DNA of 46,304 bases from Mesoflavibacter profundi (GTDB lineage: Bacteria > Bacteroidota > Bacteroidia > Chitinophagales > Saprospiraceae), in contig CAXQNQ010000195.1 in assembly GCA_964225135.1 (NCBI GenBank), positions 1 through 46,304 on the forward strand, read 5' to 3'. The position numbers and the translations under genes were made by a program. Shown piece by piece: positions 9,485 to 19,792 of the stretch; position 1 is the first letter of the stretch; each line of letters starts with the position of its first letter. The notes under the pieces were generated by a model. It made no database searches. It was not told the DNA's origin and saw only the letters and a program-made list of their open reading frames with translations.

Positions 9485-11686
9485 ATGGTATTGAAGTCAC
9501 TTAATTTAAATGAATCATTGTTACAGCACTTTGGATTTGATACATTCAAAGGAGAGCAAGAGGCAATAATTCAATCCGTACTAGAAGGAAAAGACACCTT
9601 TGTAACTATGCCAACAGGTGGTGGTAAATCTTTGTGTTACCAATTACCGGCTATGATTATGGATGGTACGGCTATCATTATATCTCCCCTTATCGCATTG
9701 ATGAAAAATCAAGTGGATAGTGTTCGTTCTTATGCTAAGAATGATTCTGTTGCCCACTTTTGGAATTCTTCCTTATCTAAGACTCAAATCAATAAAGTAA
9801 AGAGTGATATAGAATCAGGCGCTACCAAGATGGTTTATATTGCCCCTGAGACATTGACAAAAGAAGAAAATATTGCATTCTTGAAATCGGTTAAGGTATC
9901 AATGGTTGCTGTTGATGAAGCCCATTGTATTTCGGAATGGGGTCATGATTTTAGACCCGAATACCGCCGAATTAAGAGCATGATTAATGCTATAGCACAA
10001 GATATTTCAATCATAGCACTGACTGCGACAGCAACGCCTAAAGTTCAAATAGATATCGTTAAGAACTTAGGGATGCAAAATGAAAATCACTTTAGTTCTT
10101 CTTTCAATAGAACCAACTTGTTCTATGAGATTAGGCCAAAGGGTCAAAAAGATAATGTCTTTAAGAATATCGTTCAGCAAATCAAGCAGTTTGAAGGCAA
10201 ATCAGGTATTATTTATGTGCAGTCTAGAAAGTCTACTAAAGAGATTGCTGATCTTTTGAATGTAAATGGTATTAAAGCAGCTCCTTATCATGCTGGTCTA
10301 GACGCTAAAACAAGAAACAAGGCTCAAGACGATTTCTTGATGGAGGAGGTAGATGTAATTGTAGCGACTATTGCTTTCGGTATGGGAATTGATAAACCAG
10401 ACGTTCGTTTTGTTATTCACTACGATATTCCAAAGAGTATTGAGAATTATTATCAAGAAACAGGACGTGCTGGACGAGATGGATTACCATCTACTTGTAT
10501 TGCTTATTTTGCGCACAAGGATATTCAAAAATTAGAGAAGTTCTTGCGGGATAAGCCTGTTGCTGAAAGAGAATTAGGTACTCAATTATTGAATGAAGTT
10601 ACCGCCTTTGCACAGACGGCTTCTTGTAGAAGAACCTTCCTCTTGAACTATTTTGGTGAGCGTTTTGATGCATCAGCATGTAGTAAAATGTGTGATAACT
10701 GTGCTCAACCAAAGGAAAAGATAGCAATCAAAGATGAACTTCAATTGGCTTTGGCTAATATCGAAACATTGAGAGAGGAATTCAAGATCAATACATTAGT
10801 TGATTTTACCGTGGGGAATACAACTAAGATCATGCTTGATCATAGATTCAATGAACATCAAGATTTTGGAAAGGGTGCTGAGCAATCTGAATTATTCTGG
10901 TCCTCTGTTTATAGCTATGCCTTACTTAATAGTTTCGCATTTAAGGATATTGAGCAATATGGAGTAGTCAAATTAACGGAAGAAGGACGAGCTTTCATCC
11001 AATCTCCTGAAGTACACCACATTGTTATCAATCAAGACTTTGATCAATTGACTAACGATTTTGATGTAGAAGATAGAGGAAGTGAGGCAGTGCTTGATGA
11101 GCAATTACTCAGGTTATTGAAAGACCTTAGAAAGCAAATCTCTAAAGAAAAAGATTTACCTCCATTCGTAATTTTCCAAGATCCATCGCTATTGGAAATG
11201 GCTACCAATTATCCTGTTAATGTGGATGATTTGGCTAATATTTCTGGGGTGAGTAAAGGAAAAGCATTACGTTATGGTACTCGATTCACTTCCTTGATTG
11301 CAAAATATGTTGAGGAAAATCAAATCATTCGTCCAGAGGAGTTCGTTATTAAACAAGTAGCCAACAAGTCTAAGAATAAAGTGAATATTATTCAGTCTGT
11401 TGACAAAAAGATTCCTTTGTATGATATTGCTGATTCAAATGGCATGTCCATGGAAGAGCTACTAGATGAAATGTATGTTATCGTAAACTCTGGTACTCGA
11501 CTTGACATCAACTATTATATTGAGGAGAATGTCGATGAATATTCTAATGAAGATATTAGAGATTACTTTATGGAAGCAGATAGCGATGATGTAAACAAAG
11601 CTTTCGAAGAATTGGAAGAAGAAGATATCACCTTAGAAGAGATTCAACTCGTAAGAATCGACTTTATGAGCTCCATGGCTAACTAG
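9485..11686 (+). CDS. recQ: ATP-dependent DNA helicase RecQ
   Basis: Walker A is PTGGGKSLCYQLP and the DEAH box is VAVDEAHCISEWGHDFRPEY. It also has ATATP, the Zn-finger CRR..CSKMCDNC, a RQC region and a C-terminal HRDC-like region. ATG at 9485 is preferred over the ORF-track TTG at 9467. Confidence 0.93.
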   Translation: MVLKSLNLNESLLQHFGFDTFKGEQEAIIQSVLEGKDTFVTMPTGGGKSLCYQLPAMIMDGTAIIISPLIALMKNQVDSVRSYAKNDSVAHFWNSSLSKTQINKVKSDIESGATKMVYIAPETLTKEENIAFLKSVKVSMVAVDEAHCISEWGHDFRPEYRRIKSMINAIAQDISIIALTATATPKVQIDIVKNLGMQNENHFSSSFNRTNLFYEIRPKGQKDNVFKNIVQQIKQFEGKSGIIYVQSRKSTKEIADLLNVNGIKAAPYHAGLDAKTRNKAQDDFLMEEVDVIVATIAFGMGIDKPDVRFVIHYDIPKSIENYYQETGRAGRDGLPSTCIAYFAHKDIQKLEKFLRDKPVAERELGTQLLNEVTAFAQTASCRRTFLLNYFGERFDASACSKMCDNCAQPKEKIAIKDELQLALANIETLREEFKINTLVDFTVGNTTKIMLDHRFNEHQDFGKGAEQSELFWSSVYSYALLNSFAFKDIEQYGVVKLTEEGRAFIQSPEVHHIVINQDFDQLTNDFDVEDRGSEAVLDEQLLRLLKDLRKQISKEKDLPPFVIFQDPSLLEMATNYPVNVDDLANISGVSKGKALRYGTRFTSLIAKYVEENQIIRPEEFVIKQVANKSKNKVNIIQSVDKKIPLYDIADSNGMSMEELLDEMYVIVNSGTRLDINYYIEENVDEYSNEDIRDYFMEADSDDVNKAFEELEEEDITLEEIQLVRIDFMSSMAN

Positions 11687-11691
11687 TACCC

Positions 11692-12114
11692 ATGAGAATT
11701 GCAATAATTAATGGTCCTAATCTAAACGAGATTGGGACACGCGAACCAGAAATTTACGGATCCACCTCTTTCGAGGAGGCGGCTCCTCAATGGGAAGAAT
11801 TATTCCCACATACCCAAATTCAATTACATCAATCGAATCAAGAGGGAATCCTTATTGATTTAATCCAACGATTAAAAAACGAAGTAGATGGACTGATTAT
11901 TAATGCAGGAGCTTACGCGCATACTTCTATTGCCATAGCTGACGCTTTAAGATCTGTCACTATACCTATGGTGGAGGTACACATGTCTAATATTCATGCG
12001 CGCGAATCCTACAGAAAGTCTAGTTATATGGCTGAAGTGGTTGATGCTGTTATTGTCGGTATGGGCATGCAAGGATATGCTTTGGCCATACAGTATTTGA
12101 TATTTAAAGATTAA
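11692..12114 (+). CDS. aroQ: Type II 3-dehydroquinate dehydratase
   Basis: 140 aa with characteristic IINGPNLNEIGTREPEIYG, QSNQEG, INAGAYAHTSIA and VEVHMSNIHARE. Confidence 0.93.
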   Translation: MRIAIINGPNLNEIGTREPEIYGSTSFEEAAPQWEELFPHTQIQLHQSNQEGILIDLIQRLKNEVDGLIINAGAYAHTSIAIADALRSVTIPMVEVHMSNIHARESYRKSSYMAEVVDAVIVGMGMQGYALAIQYLIFKD

Positions 12115-12605
12115 ATACGCATATCAATAATTCGAAGGCGGTATTTTCCATCTAAGCGGATGGTTTTATATCGGACTAGTCGTTGTAGCAAGTAGCCAGA
12201 TAATATAGTTGTACCGCCAATGATCGCATCACGTTTGGTGTAAGTAAAGGTTTCATCAAAGAAGTGTGCACCACCCGCATACACATTCCAACTCAAACCG
12301 AAGGTCATTAAACTAGTACCCAGTGGACCAGACCACCTACTTCGTCTATTGTCTCGAATAGCCACAATACTACTTAACTCATGCACTTGATCATCAAATA
12401 ATAGTAATTGCGTTTCAGGTATGATATCTATTAGTTCAGCCTGTCTCCAATCCTCATCTTGCGTGGTTTTAAACTCTAACAGCTTGCCTGGATAAATACG
12501 CTCACTGAATGTAGTACCCGATTTTTCAATTTTTACAAAGAGTTGGCCATAAGCGTGTAGCGTGGAGAAGAGTGAAAGGATTAAAATGTGTGCAAGTTGC
12601 TTCAT
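12111..12605 (-). CDS. Hypothetical exported protein, 164 aa
   Basis: N-terminal signal-like segment MKQLAHILILSLFSTLHAYGQ. I recognise no motif. The stop shares a TTAA with the aroQ stop. Confidence 0.5.
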   Translation of the reverse strand: MKQLAHILILSLFSTLHAYGQLFVKIEKSGTTFSERIYPGKLLEFKTTQDEDWRQAELIDIIPETQLLLFDDQVHELSSIVAIRDNRRSRWSGPLGTSLMTFGLSWNVYAGGAHFFDETFTYTKRDAIIGGTTILSGYLLQRLVRYKTIRLDGKYRLRIIDMRI

Positions 12606-12641
12606 TTGGAACGCTTTACTTTAAAGAGTTTTTCCCTAGCA

Positions 12642-13034
12642 TTAGGGTTGTGCTTGATTTAGTTTTTTAAAAAACTTCTCAAAAGCTTTATCCATTTTCG
12701 GTAATGTGATGGGTTCTCGGTTGACATAGATGAAGAATACGGTCAAACATTTTTCCTCAATAGCCCAGGAGTCTTCCAATAATTGCTTTTGAAACCTTAA
12801 CGCTTCCCGCATCAGACGCTTTATTCTATTTCTATCTACTGCCCTTTTAAAATTGCGCTTAGATACAGATACTGCAGCTTGTATCTTTGCTTGCCCTTCT
12901 TGACGATCAGTATATTCAAATATAGCTCGGATAGGAAAGACCTTTACCACCGTACCAGATTGAAACAATTGCTCAATTTGTTTCTGGCTTTTTAAATGCT
13001 CTGCTTTAGGAAATGTTCCTACCCTTAGGCTCAT
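12642..13034 (-). CDS. rnpA: Ribonuclease P protein component
   Basis: Basic protein with FPKAEHLKSQKQIEQLF and KRAVDRNRIKRLMREA (RNR motif). The Met at 13034 is a more plausible start than the ORF-track start at 13067. Confidence 0.8.
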   Translation of the reverse strand: MSLRVGTFPKAEHLKSQKQIEQLFQSGTVVKVFPIRAIFEYTDRQEGQAKIQAAVSVSKRNFKRAVDRNRIKRLMREALRFQKQLLEDSWAIEEKCLTVFFIYVNREPITLPKMDKAFEKFFKKLNQAQP

Positions 13035-13145
13035 ATGATACGTCACTTTAAAATCAAAGATAAGCATTCAGCAAGAAAAATGATTGCATTTACAGGTACT
13101 CGCATTTGATTGAAGTCAAAAGCTTGAGATTGAATAAAAAAGACC

Positions 13146-13829
13146 ATGAATAAATTCAAAAATCCTAGTGTGGATTGGTTTAACGCCGAAAATCCAAAGC
13201 TCATTAAATCTGACCCAAGAGTTTTTACTTTAGAAGAACTTTTACAGGTAATCTTAGGGACTGAACAAGTAGAAGAATCAGTAATAAGTAGCCTTATACA
13301 GGCTTGTAATCATGATATTCGCCAAGTACGGCATTTATCCCCGCAATTCTTTCAAGAGTTAAACCTAAAACAAAATGATGTTGACCGTTTATTGGCAGCT
13401 ATTGAGCTGAGCAATCGACCTATTACATCGCTCCAAGGAGCGAGTACTATTAGTAGCAGTGCAGATGCTTTTCAATTGGTTCGATCAAAATTGAGTAATC
13501 TCATTCATGAAGAATTCTGGATCATGATTATGAACAGAGCGAATAAATTAATTAGTATGCAAAGAATATCTAGTGGGGGTGTTTCAGGTACTGTAGTAGA
13601 TGCCAAGTTGGTTTTCCTTAAACTCATACAGTTTTCTGCCTCTTCGGCAATCTTTGTTCATAATCATCCGAGTGGGAACCTTATCCCTTCACAAGCAGAT
13701 ATCCAACTGACCAATAAACTGGTTCAAGCTGGACAGACATTGGATATCGTGATTTTAGACCACTTGATCGTTTCTGAGGAGGCTTATTACAGCTTTGCGG
13801 ATGAAGGCATGCTGAAAGAAACGACATAA
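13146..13829 (+). CDS. radC: RadC-family JAB/MPN domain protein
   Basis: JAMM motif VHNHPSGNLIPSQADIQLT, with an N-terminal HhH-like region (ELLQVILGT...). Confidence 0.85.
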   Translation: MNKFKNPSVDWFNAENPKLIKSDPRVFTLEELLQVILGTEQVEESVISSLIQACNHDIRQVRHLSPQFFQELNLKQNDVDRLLAAIELSNRPITSLQGASTISSSADAFQLVRSKLSNLIHEEFWIMIMNRANKLISMQRISSGGVSGTVVDAKLVFLKLIQFSASSAIFVHNHPSGNLIPSQADIQLTNKLVQAGQTLDIVILDHLIVSEEAYYSFADEGMLKETT

Positions 13830-13931
13830 TGAACAGTTGCAGTCATAAAATTGTAGAGCGTAGGATATACCTGAACAAATTAAATTTATATTTGTATTGT
13901 TGAAGCAATCAGGACTTCGATTTTATCATCT

Positions 13932-15683
13932 ATGGAGAACAAAAACAGCATTAATTTTAGGCTATTATCAAGGGTACTTCGAGAGGCATTGCCTTACAAA
14001 AAGTTATTCATCTTGGCTTTTACCTTTGCAATAACCTTAGCTGTTTTGATGACGATAAGACCTTATTTGATTAAGGTTATGGTCGATGACTATATTTTCA
14101 ACTATGACCTAAATGGCATGGTTCGAATACTAATCTATGTACTCCTTGTTTTAGTGGCCAACTCTATTATCCAATACTTGTTTTTATACGACATCAATCT
14201 TTTCGGGCAATCCGTTATACGCGATTTGCGGATCAAGGTATTTAATCACATTAACTCCCGGAAATTAAGATATTTTGATACTACTCCTATTGGCAAGTCT
14301 ACCACAAGAGTCATTAATGATATCGAAACGATTAACTCAATATTTACTCAAGGAGTAATCACTATCATTTCTGATTTATTGACTGTATTTACGGTTTTGA
14401 CCATTATGTTTTTGACCTCCTGGAGATTGTCTTTGATTATCTTGATCACTATGCCGCTATTGGTTTATGCTACTTATATATTCAAAGAAAAAGTGAAAGC
14501 AGCATATACTAAGGTTCGGAATCAAGTGGCAGAGATGAATGCTTTTTTGCAAGAACGAATCACTGGTATGCGTATTGTTCAAGCATTTGGTTCAGAGAAA
14601 AGAGAGCTGGATTCATTTAAGAAAATCAATAGGAAGTACACGCAAGCCAACTTGGATTCTATATTGTATTATGCTGTTTTCTTCCCTGTTGTAGAAATTA
14701 TTTCTGCCCTATCCTTAGGACTGATGGTGTGGTGGGGTGCAAAGAGTAGTTTAGAAGGATTAGTCAGTCCGGGTATGTTAGTCGCTTTTCCAATCTATTT
14801 GAATATGTTATATCGACCTATTCGGATGTTAGCGGATAAATTTAACACGCTTCAAATGGGATTGATTGCTGCAGAACGGGTTTTTGACGTATTGGATAAT
14901 ACAGATCAGATTCAAGATGAGGGTAGTGTCCAAGTAGATCGATTAAAAGGATCCGTTGCCTTTGAAGAAGTGGATTTTGCTTATGATGACGAACACTATG
15001 TATTAAACGAAGTTAGTTTTTCATTGGAGCCTAATCAAACTCTAGCTATAGTAGGAAGTACAGGATCAGGTAAGTCTACCATCATAAATCTTTTGTCTAG
15101 GTTTTATGAATTGAACGGTGGTCGGATTTTAGTCGATGGAGTAGATGTAAAGGATTATGAATTAAACGCACTCCGTTCAAGAATGGCTATTGTATTACAG
15201 GATGTATTCTTATTCTCTGGATCAATCCTAGAGAATATAACCCTACGCAATCCGAGTATCAGCAAAGCCCAAGTGATTGAATCTGCTAAGATGATTGGTG
15301 CACATGAATTTATCATGAAGTTACCTGGTGGTTATGATTATGAGGTACAAGAAAGAGGAGCTACCCTATCTATGGGGCAGCGTCAATTAGTCTCATTTGT
15401 GCGCGCATTGGTATATCAACCAGATATTTTAATTTTGGATGAGGCGACTTCTTCCATTGATCCAGAGTCAGAGGATATTATTCAATACGCCATAGAAAAA
15501 TTGATTGATAAACGAACCTCTATCGTAATTGCACATAGATTATCCACGATCAAAAATGCGGATCGTGTTTTGGTTCTAGACAAAGGGCGCATAGTAGAGA
15601 ATGGAAGTTATGCAGAATTATTAGAATTAGAGGATGGTCATTTTAGGAAATTGCATGACATGCAGTTTTTGGCAGCAAAATGA
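13932..15683 (+). CDS. ABC transporter, fused permease/ATP-binding protein (MsbA/exporter type)
   Basis: Six N-terminal TM helices. Walker A is GSTGSGKST, the signature is LSMGQRQL, Walker B is ILILDEATS and the H-loop is AHRLST. Confidence 0.9.
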   Translation: MENKNSINFRLLSRVLREALPYKKLFILAFTFAITLAVLMTIRPYLIKVMVDDYIFNYDLNGMVRILIYVLLVLVANSIIQYLFLYDINLFGQSVIRDLRIKVFNHINSRKLRYFDTTPIGKSTTRVINDIETINSIFTQGVITIISDLLTVFTVLTIMFLTSWRLSLIILITMPLLVYATYIFKEKVKAAYTKVRNQVAEMNAFLQERITGMRIVQAFGSEKRELDSFKKINRKYTQANLDSILYYAVFFPVVEIISALSLGLMVWWGAKSSLEGLVSPGMLVAFPIYLNMLYRPIRMLADKFNTLQMGLIAAERVFDVLDNTDQIQDEGSVQVDRLKGSVAFEEVDFAYDDEHYVLNEVSFSLEPNQTLAIVGSTGSGKSTIINLLSRFYELNGGRILVDGVDVKDYELNALRSRMAIVLQDVFLFSGSILENITLRNPSISKAQVIESAKMIGAHEFIMKLPGGYDYEVQERGATLSMGQRQLVSFVRALVYQPDILILDEATSSIDPESEDIIQYAIEKLIDKRTSIVIAHRLSTIKNADRVLVLDKGRIVENGSYAELLELEDGHFRKLHDMQFLAAK

Positions 15684-15796
15684 TTTAGTCTACAAATTTT
15701 ATTACGCTAAGCTAAACAAAAGCCCCGCTGGTCTAAATTGATGAACATATATAGCTGATCTGCTGTATTTTTACTGTATCGAATTAAGAAATTGAC

Positions 15797-16198
15797 ATGA
15801 ATAATAGAATTTTTAAGATAAACCCATTAACCGGATTACTTGTGGCTGTGCTTTTTATGGCTATGATTTGGTTTTTGATTAGCGGATTGTGGAAACTGTT
15901 GAGCATTTTTGCTCCTTTCATGTTCATTGCATCTTTTTTATTGGATAAAAAAGTACCACTCAACTATTTCAAATGGTTGGGGAAACAATATCAAGTGAAT
16001 CTAATGGGTGGATTAGCCCTAACTGCTCTTAGTGCGATTGGATTCCCATTTTTGATTGCCTTTCTATTTGCTCGATCATTGATGAATTACAGAATGGGAA
16101 GACGCATGAAACAGCAGGAAGAAGAATTGGAGGGCGACTATATTGAGTTTGAAGAATTGGAAGATCCTTTAGACCTTCCAAGATTAAATAAGGATTAA
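15797..16198 (+). CDS. Hypothetical small membrane protein with acidic C-terminal tail
   Basis: 133 aa with about 3 TM helices and the tail QQEEELEGDYIEFEELEDPLDL. It ends 3 nt before the next gene. Confidence 0.5.
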   Translation: MNNRIFKINPLTGLLVAVLFMAMIWFLISGLWKLLSIFAPFMFIASFLLDKKVPLNYFKWLGKQYQVNLMGGLALTALSAIGFPFLIAFLFARSLMNYRMGRRMKQQEEELEGDYIEFEELEDPLDLPRLNKD

Positions 16199-16201
16199 GA
16201 T

Positions 16202-17326
16202 TTGGCTTGGATTGCCATCCTGATCGGGGCTATACTGGCCTTCAGTTATACTTTTCAGGTGTGGCAATATTCAAAATATGGCATGACATCAAATGCCCAA
16301 TCAGCCCACACTAATGGGATCCCTGATTTCACTATCCTAATTCCGTTTAGAAATGAATCTAAGCACTTACCCGGATTAGTTGATAGCCTTCAACAGTTGG
16401 AAATTCCCCATTCTAATTGGTCAGTAAACTTTATAAATGATCATTCAACAGATGAATCATTAGCGGTACTGGAGTCTTTAAGTTTACCTAGTCATTTCAA
16501 TATACTCCAACTACCTGCTAACTATAACGGAAAGAAAAAAGCCTTGATCTGGGGTATGGAGCATGTAGATACCGACTGGGTGATCTGCACAGATGCGGAT
16601 TGTACTATGCAGCCGAATTGGATAACTGCACTTTTTAGTAATATAGATTATAATGCGGCATGGGCCATTTGTGGTCCTGTTCATGTAGAGTCCCAGCTTA
16701 CTGTACTAACGGAAGTACAAATGTTAGATATGTTGGGCGTAATGGGGATGACTGCAGCTGGGCATAAGCAATTAGGTTTTCAGCTAGCCAATGGTGCCAA
16801 CTTAGCGTTCAGGCAATCTGTTTTTCTGGACTGTGGAGGTTTTACAGGTAGTGAACAGCATGCATCTGGAGATGATATGTGGATTGTACAACAACTGGCG
16901 GCCAAAGATCCTAATCATATTTCATTTCAATCTAATCCAGCAGCTCAAGTAAGTACCTTTGCTACTACAACATGGGCGGCATTTTGGATGCAACGATTGA
17001 GGTGGGCTGGTAAAACCACTGCTTATAAATCCAATGTTTTAAAAAGACATATCGGTATAGCTTTTGCATTTAGTGCCTGGCTTATTTTTGGTTGGTTGGG
17101 TGTTTTGGTTTGGAGTAACTGGGTGTGGGTCATGCTGATGTTTTGGGGACTAAGAGTCCTAGTAGATTATTGGTACTTGAATCAGCTGGTTAGGTATTAT
17201 AGGCTAAGCATGAATAAAACCCTATATTGTTTTGTGCAAGTCGCTCATGTGTTTTATTTAGTTGGCATAGGTGGCTTGTCCTTATTCAAGAAAAGCTATT
17301 CATGGAAAGGTCGAACACTTCGATAA
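16202..17326 (+). CDS. Family 2 glycosyltransferase, membrane-embedded, QxxRW type
   Basis: FTILIPFRNE, DxD-like CTDADC, GDDMW and QRLRWAGK, flanked by N- and C-terminal TM helices. TTG start. Confidence 0.8.
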   Translation: MAWIAILIGAILAFSYTFQVWQYSKYGMTSNAQSAHTNGIPDFTILIPFRNESKHLPGLVDSLQQLEIPHSNWSVNFINDHSTDESLAVLESLSLPSHFNILQLPANYNGKKKALIWGMEHVDTDWVICTDADCTMQPNWITALFSNIDYNAAWAICGPVHVESQLTVLTEVQMLDMLGVMGMTAAGHKQLGFQLANGANLAFRQSVFLDCGGFTGSEQHASGDDMWIVQQLAAKDPNHISFQSNPAAQVSTFATTTWAAFWMQRLRWAGKTTAYKSNVLKRHIGIAFAFSAWLIFGWLGVLVWSNWVWVMLMFWGLRVLVDYWYLNQLVRYYRLSMNKTLYCFVQVAHVFYLVGIGGLSLFKKSYSWKGRTLR

Positions 17327-18663
17327 ATATAGATCCAAAAGCTACGCGCATCCATTTGTCAGCACGTCAAATTAAGAAAGTGCCAGAGGAGCTCAAGGTC
17401 TGTCTAAATCTTCAAGAATTGGACCTGTCCAATAATTCCATTCGGTTGATACCTACCTGGCTGTTTCAATTGCCCCAATTAAGAACCTTAAATCTAAGCT
17501 CCAATAAAATCAAAAGTTTAGCATTGCCCAATGATGCAGTTACTATTAGGCGTTTAGATTTATCGAAAAATCAAATAGACTTACTTCCAGCTATAGGGAC
17601 ATACTTTCCTGAACTGCATAGTCTGGATATTAGCGGGAATAAACTTGAAAAAATTGATCCACAGGTTTTTGCCGGAGCAACACTATTGAGAAGTTTGTCC
17701 TTGAATAAAAATAAAATAGTGCGTTGGCCGAATAAATTAAAGGGACTTCATCTGCTTAAACAATTGGATTTATCTAGTAATGCTCTGAAGACCATAGATT
17801 GGAGTGAGCAAGACTTAAAGTTTTTGGAGCACCTAGATTGCAGTAATAATCCATTAATATCCTTTAAGTTTTACGCCAAGCAATTTCCGTATTTGAAAAT
17901 ACTTAGTTTGTATAAAACTAAGTTGGAGCAGTTACCAAAAGCAGTTTTTGAATTAGTGAAATTGGAAGAATTAGATAGTAGAGGAATCGATTTTAATGTG
18001 AGGGATATTTTGTTTGGATCTGGTCGGCTAAAAAAAATTAGGTCTAAGCAAGCGACAGCTCCATTTATAGCATTTACAAAGCGTTGTTCATCAAAGAATA
18101 TTGCGCCTGGTTTACGTGCTACCCTTTTTGATATATTATTTCAACAAACTCCAGTGGATTGGTCTGATACAGTATTGATCCAAGCATTGAAAAACTTAGA
18201 TGCCAAACAGTTCAGTCAATTAAAATATCAGCGTGCCTTACATACAGGGGCAACTATTGATAGAGTATTTGATGGTTCTGATGCCGTTTATTTTGATACT
18301 TCTTGTGGTTTGCCTAAATATTTGCTTGAAATTTGGCGACATCATTTAAAGTTAGTGGTGCATTTAGAAAAGGAGCAAGGAGGCTGGTATGTTTTTGGTA
18401 AACAAAAAGCCGATCCTTCACTTCAAGGGGGAATTAGCTTAGATCGTTTTTGGGAATTATATGGTCGTGGAAACTCAGATGTATCTAGGCTGAACCAAAT
18501 TAGGGACTTGTTATTTTCCAATTCGGAATCCTTTAGGGAGATGGGTTTAGATATGATCTTGCATCATGCCTTGGTATGGAATTTCAAAAAAGAGTTGAAT
18601 CAACTAGAGGAAGCGGGTAAGCTTAAAGTACCTAATTACCTTCGGACATACATCCGGTCCTGA
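17302..18663 (+). CDS. Leucine-rich repeat protein with uncharacterised C-terminal domain
   Basis: About 9 LRRs (LQELDLSNNSIRLIP, LRTLNLSSNKIKSL, LRRLDLSKNQIDLLP, LHSLDISGNKLEKI ...) are followed by about 220 aa with no motif I recognise. ATG at 17302 overlaps the GT2 end by 25 nt. Confidence 0.75.
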   Translation: MERSNTSINIDPKATRIHLSARQIKKVPEELKVCLNLQELDLSNNSIRLIPTWLFQLPQLRTLNLSSNKIKSLALPNDAVTIRRLDLSKNQIDLLPAIGTYFPELHSLDISGNKLEKIDPQVFAGATLLRSLSLNKNKIVRWPNKLKGLHLLKQLDLSSNALKTIDWSEQDLKFLEHLDCSNNPLISFKFYAKQFPYLKILSLYKTKLEQLPKAVFELVKLEELDSRGIDFNVRDILFGSGRLKKIRSKQATAPFIAFTKRCSSKNIAPGLRATLFDILFQQTPVDWSDTVLIQALKNLDAKQFSQLKYQRALHTGATIDRVFDGSDAVYFDTSCGLPKYLLEIWRHHLKLVVHLEKEQGGWYVFGKQKADPSLQGGISLDRFWELYGRGNSDVSRLNQIRDLLFSNSESFREMGLDMILHHALVWNFKKELNQLEEAGKLKVPNYLRTYIRS

Positions 18664-18820
18664 TAGATGTTAAGAAGGCATGGGTATATGTTATTTAAAC
18701 AAAATGTCCGTAACTTAATTTTATTAAGCTTTGTTAGTAAGTTACACTAGGTGTTAATGCATAAGGTCAAAACAATTATTTAGCTTAATTTCCCATTTAA
18801 CTTAATAGGATATCCCTTTT

Positions 18821-19792
18821 ATGAAAAGAATCTTACAAGTTGCCATTTTAATCTTTTCCTTTGTTGGTGCTATTTCGGCACAGAACAATCAGCAGTACAG
18901 TTTATATTTCTTGAATCCAGGTAGTTTTAATCCTGCTGCAACTGGAGTGGAAGAAAATATCATATTGACGGGTGGTATAAGGAATCAGTGGAGTGCACTT
19001 CCAGGATCTCCAGTGAGTCAGCATGCTAATGTTCAGTTTGGTGCTCAACCACTTGCTGGTGGTTTAGGCCTGTATTTTGAACAGAATCAACTTGGTCTAA
19101 CTCGAGGTAGTAAAGTGGGTTTGTCTTATGCCTATAATTATTATATCGGTAATACAGGACGATTGAGACTAGGGACTACTTTGTACTGGCAAAACTTCTC
19201 TATTGATGGAAGTAGAATTCGTACACCGGATGGTACTTATAATGAGAATGTTTTTGATCATGAGGATAATTTTTTGAGCTCAGGATTAATGCAAGGCAAT
19301 AGCTTAGCTACAGATGCAGGTGTTTATTTTATTTCAGATGCCTTTGAAGTAGGCCTTTCCGTTAATAATGCCTTTGAAAGTAGTCGATCGATTAATGGAT
19401 TGGATTTATATGAGGGTAGGGCATATTATGTATATGTGGCGAATAGTTTTGAGGTAGGTAGACATATCACCTTTACACCATCTATTTTATTAAAAACCAT
19501 TTTGTCGCAGAGCCAACTAGAAGGAAGTGTGAAATTTGTCTATGATGACAATATTGTATTTGGTGGTTCGTTCAGAGGGTATAACGAAACCTCTGTGGAT
19601 TCGGTGATACCATTTGTTGGTTATTTCTTCGGATCAGGCTTGAGCCTCTATTATGGATATGATATTGGAATCTCTGCCCTACAATCGGTGCACGGAGGTT
19701 CGCATGAGCTCTTGATTCGCTATGATCTAGGAAAAGCGGTGTGGAAAGGTAAATTGCCGCCAATTATTTATAATCAGCGTTACAAGAGGTGA
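18821..19792 (+). CDS. PorP/SprF family type IX secretion system membrane protein
   Basis: Signal peptide, then QQYSLYFLNPGSFNPAATG, which is the hallmark N-terminus of this family. It has beta-barrel-like alternating sequence and lies immediately upstream of gldKLMN. Confidence 0.8.
   Translation: MKRILQVAILIFSFVGAISAQNNQQYSLYFLNPGSFNPAATGVEENIILTGGIRNQWSALPGSPVSQHANVQFGAQPLAGGLGLYFEQNQLGLTRGSKVGLSYAYNYYIGNTGRLRLGTTLYWQNFSIDGSRIRTPDGTYNENVFDHEDNFLSSGLMQGNSLATDAGVYFISDAFEVGLSVNNAFESSRSINGLDLYEGRAYYVYVANSFEVGRHITFTPSILLKTILSQSQLEGSVKFVYDDNIVFGGSFRGYNETSVDSVIPFVGYFFGSGLSLYYGYDIGISALQSVHGGSHELLIRYDLGKAVWKGKLPPIIYNQRYKR

Noticed and set aside
13146-13829. RadC/JAB gene as a marker of a mobile element or anti-defence island.
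   Set aside because: It is full-length canonical RadC with an HhH-like N-terminus. It is flanked by rnpA and an ABC exporter, with no integrase, repeats or phage genes nearby.
17227-17301. N-terminal extension of the LRR protein suggested by the ORF track (MFCASRSCVLFSWHRWLVLIQEKLF).
   Set aside because: This stretch lies inside the C-terminal TM region of the GT2 gene in another frame. The ATG at 17302 gives a sensible start, so the extension was judged an ORF-calling artefact.
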